The notes: generated from the letters alone by a model not told the origin. A stretch of 64,000 nt of DNA from an uncultured Anaerolineales bacterium (GCA_965603565.1 CBFDDM010000001.1:7299-71298); one strand, 5' to 3'; counted from the first letter of the stretch, positions 1 to 8,649 are shown. Made by a program: numbers and translations.

Positions 1-360
1 GATGTGGTGCAGCGTGCGGATCATCGTCGCCGCGTCGAAGACCGCCTCCCCAAAAGGCAGCTGATAGACATCACCAATGACATAAACGAATCGATCGCTG
101 CGTCCCAATCGCGCCTGTGCCTGCTCCAGCTGCGTGCGCGAGTAATCGAAGAGCACGATCTGCTCGAAACCCTCGTAGCGGGGCGTATTGCGCCCTGCGC
201 CTGCGCCGATTTCCAGTATCCGCCGCCCACCTTCCGGCAGCAGCCGTCGCAGCGCGATCGCCTCGGCGCGATCCTCATACTCGCGCCCACCCTGCTCCCA
301 GAATGTGGTCTGATAATCTGAACCTTCGTAATCACAAATCGGGGGCTGCGCTTTGCTCAT
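1..360 (-). CDS. class I SAM-dependent methyltransferase (C-terminal part lies beyond the window edge)
   Basis: Own translation of the minus strand from ATG at 360: MSKAQPPICDYEGSDYQTTFWEQGGREYEDRAEAIALRRLLPEGGRRILEIGAGAGRNTPRYEGFEQIVLFDYS... Motif I is ILEIGAGAG. The frame stays open to position 1, so it is missing from the ORF track. Confidence 0.75.
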   Translation of the reverse strand, partial: MSKAQPPICDYEGSDYQTTFWEQGGREYEDRAEAIALRRLLPEGGRRILEIGAGAGRNTPRYEGFEQIVLFDYSRTQLEQAQARLGRSDRFVYVIGDVYQLPFGEAVFDAATMIRTLHHI

Positions 361-596
361 GTCACTTCCGTGTCGAATCCTGAATATCGGCGGCGTGGGT
401 CAAACCATTGTACTACCCGCGTCGAGATGCTGCCCGCTGATTACAACCCAGCAGCTCAGAGAGCAGGCCTCTATTGGATGCCGCAGCGGACACCCAAGAT
501 ATATCGACATATATATCTGCAAATGTACAGGGCACCCAAATGCAGTGTCTCCTGCATCCGGTAGATTCGAATCGGACCAACATTCGGAGGGAAAAG

Positions 597-1277
597 ATGT
601 TTCCAATCGGAGATACCGAAGTGCGCGGCGCCGGACCCGGGATCGTGACGATCACACTGATCGTGATCAACGTCGCCGTATTTGTTCTTTTCGAGGCTAC
701 GCTCGATCAGGCTGCGCTGCAGAATTTCTTCGACCAATGGGCGGTCGTCCCCCAGGAGATCCTGGCCGGCGAGGAGCTCTTCACGCTTCTGACCTCCATG
801 TTCCTGCATGGTGGCTGGTTCCACCTGGCGAGCAACATGGTTTTCTTATGGGTCTTCGGCGACAACATCGAGGCGGTGATGGGAAAATTCTTCTACGTGG
901 TTTTTTACCTGCTCAGCGGGCTGGCCGCATCGACCGCCCACATCCTGTTCAATCCAGCCAGCACGGTACCCAGCGTCGGCGCGAGCGGGGCCATCGCCGG
1001 CATTCTCGGCGCGTACGTCGTGATGTTCCCCAAGTCGCGCATTCGACTGGCGATGATGTCTCGGGCTGGTATGCGCATCGGGCGCACAAGTGCCCTGGTC
1101 TTCCTCGGCATCTGGTTCGTTTCCCAGCTCTTCAACGGTATCGCCAGCTTGGGCGCCCCGACGGCACAGACCGGCGGCGTCGCTGTTTGGGCCCACATCG
1201 GTGGCTTCATCGTCGGACTCGTCGCCGGATTCCTGCTGAGGGATAAAGCCGGCCAGCTCGCTTTCGAGACTAGCTGA
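597..1277 (+). CDS. rhomboid family intramembrane serine protease
   Basis: ORF 474..1277. Start moved to ATG 597 (MFPIGD), just downstream of GGAGGG. Motifs: HLASNM, GASGAIAGILG (GxSG), AHIGG. Multiple hydrophobic helices. Confidence 0.85.
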   Translation: MFPIGDTEVRGAGPGIVTITLIVINVAVFVLFEATLDQAALQNFFDQWAVVPQEILAGEELFTLLTSMFLHGGWFHLASNMVFLWVFGDNIEAVMGKFFYVVFYLLSGLAASTAHILFNPASTVPSVGASGAIAGILGAYVVMFPKSRIRLAMMSRAGMRIGRTSALVFLGIWFVSQLFNGIASLGAPTAQTGGVAVWAHIGGFIVGLVAGFLLRDKAGQLAFETS

Positions 1278-1286
1278 TCCGGATCG

Positions 1287-2051
1287 CTAGTCCTCAAAGC
1301 GAGTATCTTCGATGCGCCGCTGCCACTCATCATCCGCTCCATCAGGCTCATAGGCACCTTGATCACGATCCGATTCGTAACGCCCCTCGGCTGCTTTAAG
1401 CTCTGAAACCGCGGCGCGCGGCACAATCGCCCAATGACCGCAGTGCGGGCAGCGCTCCAACTTGCCGACCACCAAATTCGGCGCAAAGAAGTGGCGCGAA
1501 AACGGCAGAGCGCAGCGCCGGCATACTGCGCCACCCGCTACCCTATATTCACCCACCCGGAAGCGCTCGCTCTTTGCACTGCGCATCAATAAAAGATAGG
1601 AAAACACTATTCCAACCGCGATGAGGATGAAGATCGGAAACAGATAATTCGAGACCGAGCCCAACCCTTCTTCAGCCGTCAAGAATATCAAGCGGCGCTC
1701 CGCGCTGCACAACAAATCACCCGATCCGGTCACAGCCTCCGCCCACAATCGGTGCTCACCGGCCGCGAAATCACCAGTATTAAAATCAACCCGAAATGGC
1801 GCTTGCTTAGCGGTCCCGATCGTCTCTCCATCGAGGTAGAGTCTGACGCTTGAGATATCCTCCGGACCGAAGATACGCGCGCTGAAAGAACCCTGGACCT
1901 GGAGTCCGGCCTGAAATCCGAACGTCCGAATGAGCTGTATTTCAAGTAGTTCGGAATCCTGGGCGGAGCCAGTGGATGATGCCAGTAAGGATCCAACAAT
2001 TACCGAAACCAATATCAAAGCAGGTGTCAGGCGCAAATATTTCACTGCCAC
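1287..2051 (-). CDS. hypothetical membrane protein with N-terminal signal, Ig-like ectodomain, one TM helix and a C-terminal zinc ribbon
   Basis: ORF 254 aa. Signal-like ALILVSVIVGSLLASSTGSAQD, a central TM helix (FPIFILIAVGIVFSYLLL), and CRRC...CPHC cysteine pairs. Overlaps the upstream permease stop by 10 nt. Confidence 0.6.
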   Translation of the reverse strand: MAVKYLRLTPALILVSVIVGSLLASSTGSAQDSELLEIQLIRTFGFQAGLQVQGSFSARIFGPEDISSVRLYLDGETIGTAKQAPFRVDFNTGDFAAGEHRLWAEAVTGSGDLLCSAERRLIFLTAEEGLGSVSNYLFPIFILIAVGIVFSYLLLMRSAKSERFRVGEYRVAGGAVCRRCALPFSRHFFAPNLVVGKLERCPHCGHWAIVPRAAVSELKAAEGRYESDRDQGAYEPDGADDEWQRRIEDTRFED

Positions 2052-2833
2052 CTCGTTAAGATCGCTTCACGTTGGAAGAGCACCACAGCAAAATACCCCA
2101 AGACGAGATCGAGCGCGGCTACTCCGAGCGCGATCCAAATGATGACCATTCGATCGATATAGACAAGACCTGCGATCTGGGCAAAGAACAGCCCCAGCAA
2201 TGGGATCAAGACCAACATCGAGAGCTGCTCGGCCACACGCGGGTCGTTGGCGCGCGAGGAGACCATCACTGCCACGCTGATCGCTGCGACCGCCAGCAGC
2301 GGACCAACGATGAACACCGCCACCAACCACAAGGGGTCCAACAACCTGCGCACCAGATCGGGTCCCGCTGCCAGGAAAGTCGCCCCGACAATGAAGATCA
2401 AAAAACTAAGCCATGTAGCCAGACCCGCCGGGATCCCGGCCGCCAGCCCCTTTCCAACGAGCAGTTCCCAGGTCTTGATGGGCGTGGCGAGCACTGGCTC
2501 AAGCGTGCGTGTTGTCTTCTCACCCACAATGCTGTAACTGGCAATCGTCACCGGTATCGCCAGCGGCATGAGCATGAACAGCATCATGAACTGGCTTACG
2601 ATGAAGTACTGGCCGCATGAGGCCGCCGAGAGTCCGGAGCACAGGTCACTGAAGCGGGAGGGCAGATCCGCTTCGGTCATGCCGATCATCTCCTCGGTCG
2701 AACCGCTGACGAACAACGTGATCAGCGGCAGCGCCGTCATGATGATGGGCAGGAATCCCACGGTGAAGAGCACCAGGCGGTTCTTGAACACCTCGGCCCA
2801 TTCCTTGCGAATAATGACTAGAAGTTTCCGCAT
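2042..2833 (-). CDS. ABC-2 type transporter permease
   Basis: ORF 2042..2878. Start moved to MRKLLVIIRKEW (ATG 2833), 10 nt after the ATPase stop. About 6 TM helices, typical of ABC-2 family permeases. Confidence 0.75.
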   Translation of the reverse strand: MRKLLVIIRKEWAEVFKNRLVLFTVGFLPIIMTALPLITLFVSGSTEEMIGMTEADLPSRFSDLCSGLSAASCGQYFIVSQFMMLFMLMPLAIPVTIASYSIVGEKTTRTLEPVLATPIKTWELLVGKGLAAGIPAGLATWLSFLIFIVGATFLAAGPDLVRRLLDPLWLVAVFIVGPLLAVAAISVAVMVSSRANDPRVAEQLSMLVLIPLLGLFFAQIAGLVYIDRMVIIWIALGVAALDLVLGYFAVVLFQREAILTRWQ

Positions 2834-2843
2834 CGCCCCGACC

Positions 2844-3761
2844 TCATTCTTGCGTGTTGACCAGACGCATGTACACATCTTCCAGCGACCGCTTCAGTTC
2901 ACCGACAAATTGCACCCTGGCGCCAGCCTCGACCAGTACCTCGATCAACTCCGGATTGTGCTTTTCGGGGTCATCCAATCCAACGACGAGTTTGTTGTCG
3001 ACGATGTCCACCGACTGCACGGCAGGGTGGTCCTGGAGTCGTTCGGCATAGCCTCCTTCGACCGCTGATAGGTGGAAGACAACCACCCGATCGTAGAGCT
3101 GCGAGCGCAGCGCCTGGGGCGCGTCCAGTGCGACGAGGCGGGTGTTAAAAACAGCAACACGGTCGCACAATCGATCCGCTTCGTCCAGATTATGCGTGCA
3201 CAGGAAAATCGTCCGGCCAGCCTGTTTGAGATCTTCGATGAACGCCCGCACAAGGCGAGCCATCTCCGGGTCGAGCCCGGAGGTGGGTTCATCCAGGAAC
3301 AAGATCTGAGGCTCGTGCAGCATCGCTCGGGCGATGGCCAGTTTCTGGCGCATACCTTTGGAGAAGGTCGCCGCCGGCTCCGCTCGCCGACCCCACAACC
3401 CGAGCATGCGCAGGTAGCGATCGACCTGCGCGTCCACGTCATCGACTTCGTACAGGTGAGCGAAGAAGCGCAGGTTATCCTCGGCGCTCAAACGATCGTA
3501 GAGACCGGGCGACTCGGTCAGGATGCCGACCCTGCGCCGGATTCCGTCGTCTTGCTCCCCCAGGACGTACCCGGCGACGGAAGCCCATCCGCTCGTAGGC
3601 TGGATCAGGGCACAGAGCATACGCAGCGTCGTCGTTTTACCCGCCCCGTTAGGCCCCAAGAATCCGAAAATCTCCCCCTCGCCGACCTCTAGCGAGAGAT
3701 CATCGACCGCAATTAAATCGCCAAACTGGCGCGTCAGGTGTTTCGCTTCAATCACAGCCAT
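2844..3761 (-). CDS. ABC transporter ATP-binding protein
   Basis: Walker A GPNGAGKTT, degenerate signature FSKGMRQK, Walker B ILFLDEPTSGLD, H-loop CTHN. Confidence 0.9.
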   Translation of the reverse strand: MAVIEAKHLTRQFGDLIAVDDLSLEVGEGEIFGFLGPNGAGKTTTLRMLCALIQPTSGWASVAGYVLGEQDDGIRRRVGILTESPGLYDRLSAEDNLRFFAHLYEVDDVDAQVDRYLRMLGLWGRRAEPAATFSKGMRQKLAIARAMLHEPQILFLDEPTSGLDPEMARLVRAFIEDLKQAGRTIFLCTHNLDEADRLCDRVAVFNTRLVALDAPQALRSQLYDRVVVFHLSAVEGGYAERLQDHPAVQSVDIVDNKLVVGLDDPEKHNPELIEVLVEAGARVQFVGELKRSLEDVYMRLVNTQE

Positions 3762-3797
3762 GCACTACTCCGCATCAGATGCAGTCCATTTTCGGGC

Positions 3798-4673
3798 TCA
3801 TACATAACGGCTTTGATCGATGCCCTCACCGATTCGGTCCTCACCGCTGTGATTCCGGAGACGAGATGATCCGTCGCGCAGTTTTGGATCGACGCTTCCA
3901 GGATCGCTAACCGCTAGAAGCCCGGTGGCACGAGACCAGTAGATGAACGCCAGCGCCATCAACGCCATGACGAAAACGGCGATTTCGGCCGCATAGACAT
4001 CGATACGCTGCATGATGTAAACAGCCACGGCATCCACAACAGTGTGCCATAGGACTGCGACAGCGAGCCAGCGGCGCTCCTGGCGCACGACCGAAGCGAC
4101 GACCATCAGAGCCGCGCTCATCTGCACCAACAGCGCAAAAACACGCTCAACCGCACCCAAAAGGGCAAGCGCGGGCGACATACTCCAGTAGGCTTGCAGC
4201 TGGTGCTCCGCGAGCACTGCCTGGTCCGCCCCCAGCACCTGCGCCAGATCGGCGTTGCGCAGCGCCACAGCCTGGATAAATGCGAAAAGGGCCAGGCCAC
4301 CAAAAATGATCGCCTCCACGCCACCGTGCCCGGCGCCATACAAGAGCCCGCTGCGCCAGGAGCGAGCCTCATACGCCCAGCGGCGCAGGAAGAGATAGCG
4401 TGCGAACTCCTCGAAAACCCCGGCGGAGAGCCCGACGAGCAGTGAACCGATCAACAGCCCTATAGCGCTGTCAGGGAAACCCAAATCCACGATCCAGGGG
4501 ACCAGCAGGAACTGGTTGAAGGGGATGTGCAGTACCTGCGAGGCGACGAAGGTGAGCGCCCCCCAGCCAAACAACCCCCACGACAGGTTGAAGCGCCGCG
4601 TCATCCAGATCCCAAGAATCAGCGGCAACCCGATCATGAGTGTGAAATTTATTACATGGGCGACCGTAAGCAT
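3798..4673 (-). CDS. YhfC-family (CPBP-like) intramembrane metalloprotease
   Basis: ORF 3798..4715. Likely start is MLTVAHV (4673). Polytopic. Motifs FEEFARYLFLR and GAGHGGVEAI resemble the YhfC/DUF2324 family. Confidence 0.6.
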   Translation of the reverse strand: MLTVAHVINFTLMIGLPLILGIWMTRRFNLSWGLFGWGALTFVASQVLHIPFNQFLLVPWIVDLGFPDSAIGLLIGSLLVGLSAGVFEEFARYLFLRRWAYEARSWRSGLLYGAGHGGVEAIIFGGLALFAFIQAVALRNADLAQVLGADQAVLAEHQLQAYWSMSPALALLGAVERVFALLVQMSAALMVVASVVRQERRWLAVAVLWHTVVDAVAVYIMQRIDVYAAEIAVFVMALMALAFIYWSRATGLLAVSDPGSVDPKLRDGSSRLRNHSGEDRIGEGIDQSRYV

Positions 4674-4773
4674 GATAACACCGTATCCTAAACCGGCGGG
4701 CACGCACCGCCACACGCGTGTAGGCTGCCCGCCGGTCTCAATTCACTCGTCCTGAACGGACCCTCAAGTTGGT

Positions 4774-4791
4774 ATGTTTCACGTGAAACAT
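4774..4791. promoter_or_regulatory. perfect 18-bp palindrome ATGTTTCACGTGAAACAT (TGTTT-N6-AAACA layout)
   Basis: Read directly. Lies in the gap between the DUF4177 stop (4801) and the YhfC-like start (4673). Confidence 0.45.
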
Positions 4792-4800
4792 ATTTACCCG

Positions 4801-5040
4801 CTAGCTAAACCCCCAATCACCCATCCAATTCTCGGTCGTGCTCTGTGTTTCCTTCTCGTCTCTCTGGCGGCTCTTCCGGAAGACCGCCAGGAATTTATTT
4901 GTGCTTTCACGCTGGATCACCTGCTGCAGCTCCCATCCATCCGCCGCAGCTCCATTAAGCAGTGCCTCCAGTTCACCGGCCTTGACCCCCCGCATGGCAC
5001 CGCCCAATTCCAGCACGCGGTAGCGTGTCCGGACGCTCAT
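4801..5040 (-). CDS. DUF4177-like small protein
   Basis: 79 aa. YRVLEL...LNGAAADGWELQQV pattern. Its start lies 1 nt after the SPFH gene stop. Confidence 0.55.
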   Translation of the reverse strand: MSVRTRYRVLELGGAMRGVKAGELEALLNGAAADGWELQQVIQRESTNKFLAVFRKSRQRDEKETQSTTENWMGDWGFS

Positions 5041-5041
5041 C

Positions 5042-6013
5042 CTAGGCCCCCTCTCCGCCGCGCAGGCTTTCGTTCGTGGCCGCCGTCGCCGCCAGCGAGG
5101 TCATGCCCGTCAGCCCGCCCAGGTTCATCGTGTCCACGGCGCTGGAGGGCACGATCACCAGGGCGCCTTTCTCCTTCAAGCCTTCAAAGAGCATGTTCAT
5201 CGCCCGCAGGTGCAGCGCCGTCGGGTTGTTTAGATAGGCCTGGGAAGCATCCGAGAACGATTGAGCGATCTGCTTCTCGGATTCGCCCAGGATCACGCGT
5301 GCCTGACGCTCGCGCTCCGCCTGCGCCTGGCGCGACATCGCATCCTCAAGTTCCTGCGGGATGACAATATCGCGGATCTCGACTGACTGCACCGTCACAC
5401 CCCAGGGTGTCGTGCGCTCATCGATGATCTCCTGCAGATCCCGGTCCATGCGTGCCCGCCCGACCAGGATGTCCGCCAGGTCCATCTGACCAATCACCTC
5501 TCGCAGCGCGGTTTGTGCCGCCCAGGCGATCGCCACACGGTAATCCTCGACCTCCAGCGCCGCCTTTTCTGCATCCCAGACCAGCCAGAAGAGTACCGCA
5601 TCGACATCCACCGGAACCGTGTCCTTGGTGAGCGTCTTCTCGGCGCTGAACGGTGTCACCATCACGCGGTGATCGATCCACACCGGGATGCGGTCCACAA
5701 CCGGAACGATCCAGAATATCCCTGGACCACGCAACCCGGTGAAACGGCCGAAGCGCAGAATGACCGCCTTCTCCCATTGGTCGGCGACTTTCAGAGCGAA
5801 GAGGATGTATAGCCCGATCAACTCGACCACCAGTGTGAACCCCAGTACCCATGTCCAACGGATTCCAAGAAGCAGCAATGTCAACGCGGCCAGCGCGGAG
5901 ATCGATACGATGATCAACCATACTGCGAATGCAATCCCTGGAACGCGGATGCGAGACTCTATCTGCTTCATACGATCCAAATCTAACCTTGTGAAATCTG
6001 CTGTTTTTGCCAT
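5042..6013 (-). CDS. SPFH/band 7 (stomatin-like) domain protein
   Basis: N-terminal TM helices, then EKAVILRFGRF...GPGIFWIVP...DVDAVLFW...TALREVIG...WGV.V.SVEIRDI and a coiled AERERQARV region. Confidence 0.85.
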   Translation of the reverse strand: MAKTADFTRLDLDRMKQIESRIRVPGIAFAVWLIIVSISALAALTLLLLGIRWTWVLGFTLVVELIGLYILFALKVADQWEKAVILRFGRFTGLRGPGIFWIVPVVDRIPVWIDHRVMVTPFSAEKTLTKDTVPVDVDAVLFWLVWDAEKAALEVEDYRVAIAWAAQTALREVIGQMDLADILVGRARMDRDLQEIIDERTTPWGVTVQSVEIRDIVIPQELEDAMSRQAQAERERQARVILGESEKQIAQSFSDASQAYLNNPTALHLRAMNMLFEGLKEKGALVIVPSSAVDTMNLGGLTGMTSLAATAATNESLRGGEGA

Positions 6014-6043
6014 GATGCCCTTCCTTATGAATAATCTGCAGTT

Positions 6044-6457
6044 TCATTCATCATCAAGCGAGGGAGCTTCGCCGCTCTCCCGCCACCGCTCGACGAGCTT
6101 ATCTATCCTCTGGATCACATCGTCCGGTCCAAAACCCATACGGTCAGCTTCGCTTAAATAAGAGCGCGTGAGAGCATCGATCGCCTCTTTTCGCAAATTT
6201 GCAGCCCGTTCTGGCGGCGGTGGCTCGAGCACGTAGGTGCCGCGACCCTGCTGGGTCGAGATAACCCCGTTCTCGTCCAGGATGCGATAGGCGCGGGCGA
6301 TCGTGTTGAAGTTCACCCGCAGCTCAGCAGCCAGTTGCCGGACGGTGGGGAGCTGGCCACCGGGCTCCAGCACGCCGGTGGCGATCAGGTGCTCCACGCG
6401 ATCGACGATCTGCGTATAGATCGGTATGTGACTGCGAAAATCAAGTTCAGAAAACAT
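6044..6457 (-). CDS. GntR family (YtrA-like) transcriptional regulator
   Basis: PIYTQIVDRVEHLIATGVLEPGGQLPTVRQLAAELRVNFNTIARAYRILDENGVISTQQGRGTYV is a canonical GntR wHTH. The C-terminal region is short. Confidence 0.85.
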   Translation of the reverse strand: MFSELDFRSHIPIYTQIVDRVEHLIATGVLEPGGQLPTVRQLAAELRVNFNTIARAYRILDENGVISTQQGRGTYVLEPPPPERAANLRKEAIDALTRSYLSEADRMGFGPDDVIQRIDKLVERWRESGEAPSLDDE

Positions 6458-6461
6458 GCGT

Positions 6462-6507
6462 TTGTACCAATTGTCTGATTGTATCTTTGTATTATTGTAC
6501 TAATTGT
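6462..6507. promoter_or_regulatory. two direct copies of TTGTACNAATTGT spaced 33 bp apart (candidate GntR/YtrA operator)
   Basis: TTGTACCAATTGT at 6462..6474 and TTGTACTAATTGT at 6495..6507. They start 5 nt upstream of the GntR gene start, in the divergent GntR/pdxS region. Confidence 0.45.
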
Positions 6508-6639
6508 ATGGCCACATACTCACTTTGTCAAGCGCGCTTCGATAACGCATTGGCGCGCCGGTGGTCAGGCGAGGGATTATCGGATCTGTGTTCGTGGTAA
6601 AATCGAGGTTGCAAGACTTCAGTCAGGTTGGAGGCTGTC

Positions 6640-7527
6640 ATGGCCAAACAAGTCGGTACATTCAAGGTCAAAAAAGGACTCGCCCAGATGCTTAAGGGCG
6701 GCGTCATCATGGACGTCGTCACGGCCGAACATGCGCGCATCGCTGAGGATGCCGGCGCAGTCGCCGTCATGGCGCTCGAACGGGTGCCCGCCGATATCCG
6801 CGTTCACGGCGGCGTGGCCCGCATGAGCGACCCGGCCCTCATCGAAGAGATCATGGACACGGTTTCGATTCCGGTCATGGCGAAATGCCGTATCGGTCAT
6901 TTCGTCGAAGCCCAGATTCTGGAATCGCTGGGCGTCGATTACATCGATGAATCGGAAGTGCTCACACCCGCGGACGAGCAGCACCATATCGACAAGCATC
7001 CTTTCAAGGTCCCGTTCGTGTGCGGGTGCCGCAACCTGGGCGAAGCCCTGCGGCGCATCGGCGAAGGCGCGGCGATGATCCGCACAAAAGGCGAAGCCGG
7101 GACAGGTGATGTGGTTGAGGCCGTACGCCATGCTCGTTCCGTGCTCGGCTCCATCAGCCAGCTGCAGAACATGCCCGGCGAAGAATTGATGGCCTACGCC
7201 AAATCGATCGGAGCGCCCTACGAACTGGTCAAGGAAACACGCGATCTCGGTCGCATGCCGGTGGTCAACTTTGCTGCCGGCGGTGTCGCCACACCCGCCG
7301 ACGCGGCGCTCATGATGCAGCTCGGCGTCGATGGCGTTTTCGTCGGTTCGGGCATCTTCAAGTCGGGTGACCCGGCCAGGCGTGGCAAGGCGATCGTTGA
7401 AGCCGTGACCCATTACAACGATCCGCAGGTCCTCGCCGAGATCAGCAAGGGTCTGGGCGAAGCGATGGTCGGCATTGGGGTCAGCGATCTCCCGGAAACG
7501 GAGCGACTCGCCGTACGTGGCTGGTAA
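6640..7527 (+). CDS. pdxS: pyridoxal 5'-phosphate synthase lyase subunit PdxS
   Basis: [27 protein letters not shown]...ERVPADIR...[11 protein letters not shown]...[11 protein letters not shown] 6640 follows GGAGG. Confidence 0.95.
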   Translation: MAKQVGTFKVKKGLAQMLKGGVIMDVVTAEHARIAEDAGAVAVMALERVPADIRVHGGVARMSDPALIEEIMDTVSIPVMAKCRIGHFVEAQILESLGVDYIDESEVLTPADEQHHIDKHPFKVPFVCGCRNLGEALRRIGEGAAMIRTKGEAGTGDVVEAVRHARSVLGSISQLQNMPGEELMAYAKSIGAPYELVKETRDLGRMPVVNFAAGGVATPADAALMMQLGVDGVFVGSGIFKSGDPARRGKAIVEAVTHYNDPQVLAEISKGLGEAMVGIGVSDLPETERLAVRGW

Positions 7528-7555
7528 TCTCAAGGTCACAACCGCAAATTCATTT

Positions 7556-7587
7556 TCGGACCTGCGCACCCGGGTGCGCAGGTCCGA
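7556..7587 (+). promoter_or_regulatory. perfect 32-bp palindrome TCGGACCTGCGCACCC|GGGTGCGCAGGTCCGA between pdxS and the NimA-like gene
   Basis: Read directly. 29 nt after the pdxS stop. The candidate GTG start (7574) sits at the centre. No U-tract follows. Confidence 0.7.
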
Positions 7588-8059
7588 TCGAGAGATCACC
7601 GAGCAGGCGAAGATCTTCGCCCTGCTTGAGCGGGGCACGATCGGCTTCATTGCCACTGCGCTCGACGACCAACCCTGTCTGAACCCTAACCTCTATTGGT
7701 ACGACCCCGGCACGCAGCGCATTTATTTCTATACCGCGATAAAAGATCGTACGCGGTCCAACATCGAACGCAATCAAAATGTGTGTTTCAGTGTGGCCGA
7801 GATGGGCGATTTGCTGCCGGCCGACACTGCGCTGGAGTTCTCCACCGAGTACGCCTGCGTGATCGTTTTCGGAAAGTGCATACTGCTAGAATCAGAGCAG
7901 CAGCGGCATACACTTCAAGGCTTGCTGGATAAATATTTTCCGGCGCTCAATCCAGATGTTGATTACCGCGCTATCACCGACGATGAACTGACCCGTACAT
8001 CGGTCTTTGCAATTGAGATCGAGAGTTGGAGCGGGAAGGAAAAGAGCTCGAAAGCATGA
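7574..8059 (+). CDS. pyridoxamine 5'-phosphate oxidase family (NimA-like, Pyridox_ox_2) flavoprotein
   Basis: ORF open from 7475, but no ATG lies after the pdxS stop. In-frame GTG at 7574 gives (M)RRSDREITEQAKIFALLERGTIGF, which matches the usual MRRxDREIT N-terminus of this family. Confidence 0.7.
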   Translation: MRRSDREITEQAKIFALLERGTIGFIATALDDQPCLNPNLYWYDPGTQRIYFYTAIKDRTRSNIERNQNVCFSVAEMGDLLPADTALEFSTEYACVIVFGKCILLESEQQRHTLQGLLDKYFPALNPDVDYRAITDDELTRTSVFAIEIESWSGKEKSSKA

Positions 8060-8649
8060 AGATTGGCGTCCTTGCGCTGCAAGGCAGTTTTCAGGAACAT
8101 ATCGATATGCTCAACGAGATGGGCGTCGAGACAGTCCCCGTCCGTAAACCGGATCAAATTTTGGAGATCGACGGATTGATCATTCCGGGCGGCGAATCGA
8201 CCACGATCGGCAAACTTGCGAGCAGCTACGAGCTGATCGAACCGCTGCGTGATTTGGGTCAGCGTGTCCCTATCTGGGGAACCTGCGCCGGCGCGATCTT
8301 CCTCTCCAGGGACGCCCGTCGTGAGCAGCCGCTGCTTGGATTGATGGATATCACCGTCGAGCGCAACGCCTTCGGACGGCAGGTGGACAGCTTTGAGGTC
8401 GACCTCGTTGTCGAAGGTTTGGAGAACCCCGAATTGCCATTTCACGCCATATTCATCCGCGCCCCGCTGATCGAATCGGTCGGTGAAGACGTCGACGTCC
8501 TGGCCAGGATTGAGACTCGCGGCAGCGAGGCGTCCATTGTGGCCGCCCGCGAGGGTCATTTTCTCGCTACCAGTTTCCACCCGGAGCTAACCGATGACAT
8601 GCGCTTGCACCGTTACTTCCTGGACCTGGTTGAGGAGCCGCGATCGTGA
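8056..8649 (+). CDS. pdxT: pyridoxal 5'-phosphate synthase glutaminase subunit PdxT
   Basis: MKIGVLALQGSFQEH...IIPGGESTT...GTCAG...FHPE. ATGA overlap with the upstream stop. Confidence 0.9.
   Translation: MKIGVLALQGSFQEHIDMLNEMGVETVPVRKPDQILEIDGLIIPGGESTTIGKLASSYELIEPLRDLGQRVPIWGTCAGAIFLSRDARREQPLLGLMDITVERNAFGRQVDSFEVDLVVEGLENPELPFHAIFIRAPLIESVGEDVDVLARIETRGSEASIVAAREGHFLATSFHPELTDDMRLHRYFLDLVEEPRS

Noticed and set aside
353-1246. 297-aa ORF overlapping the rhomboid gene in another frame
   Set aside because: It is an extremely Arg-rich product. The rhomboid frame has catalytic GxSG/H motifs and an SD-linked ATG.
4774-5364. 196-aa plus-strand ORF starting in the 18-bp palindrome
   Set aside because: It is antisense to the DUF4177 and SPFH genes and Pro/Arg/Ser-rich. 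Its ATG is simply part of the palindrome.
6619-7656. 345-aa ORF antisense to pdxS
   Set aside because: It lies opposite an unmistakable pdxS. The composition is Arg/Ala/Asp-rich, typical of stop-poor antisense frames in high-GC DNA. No motifs were recognised.
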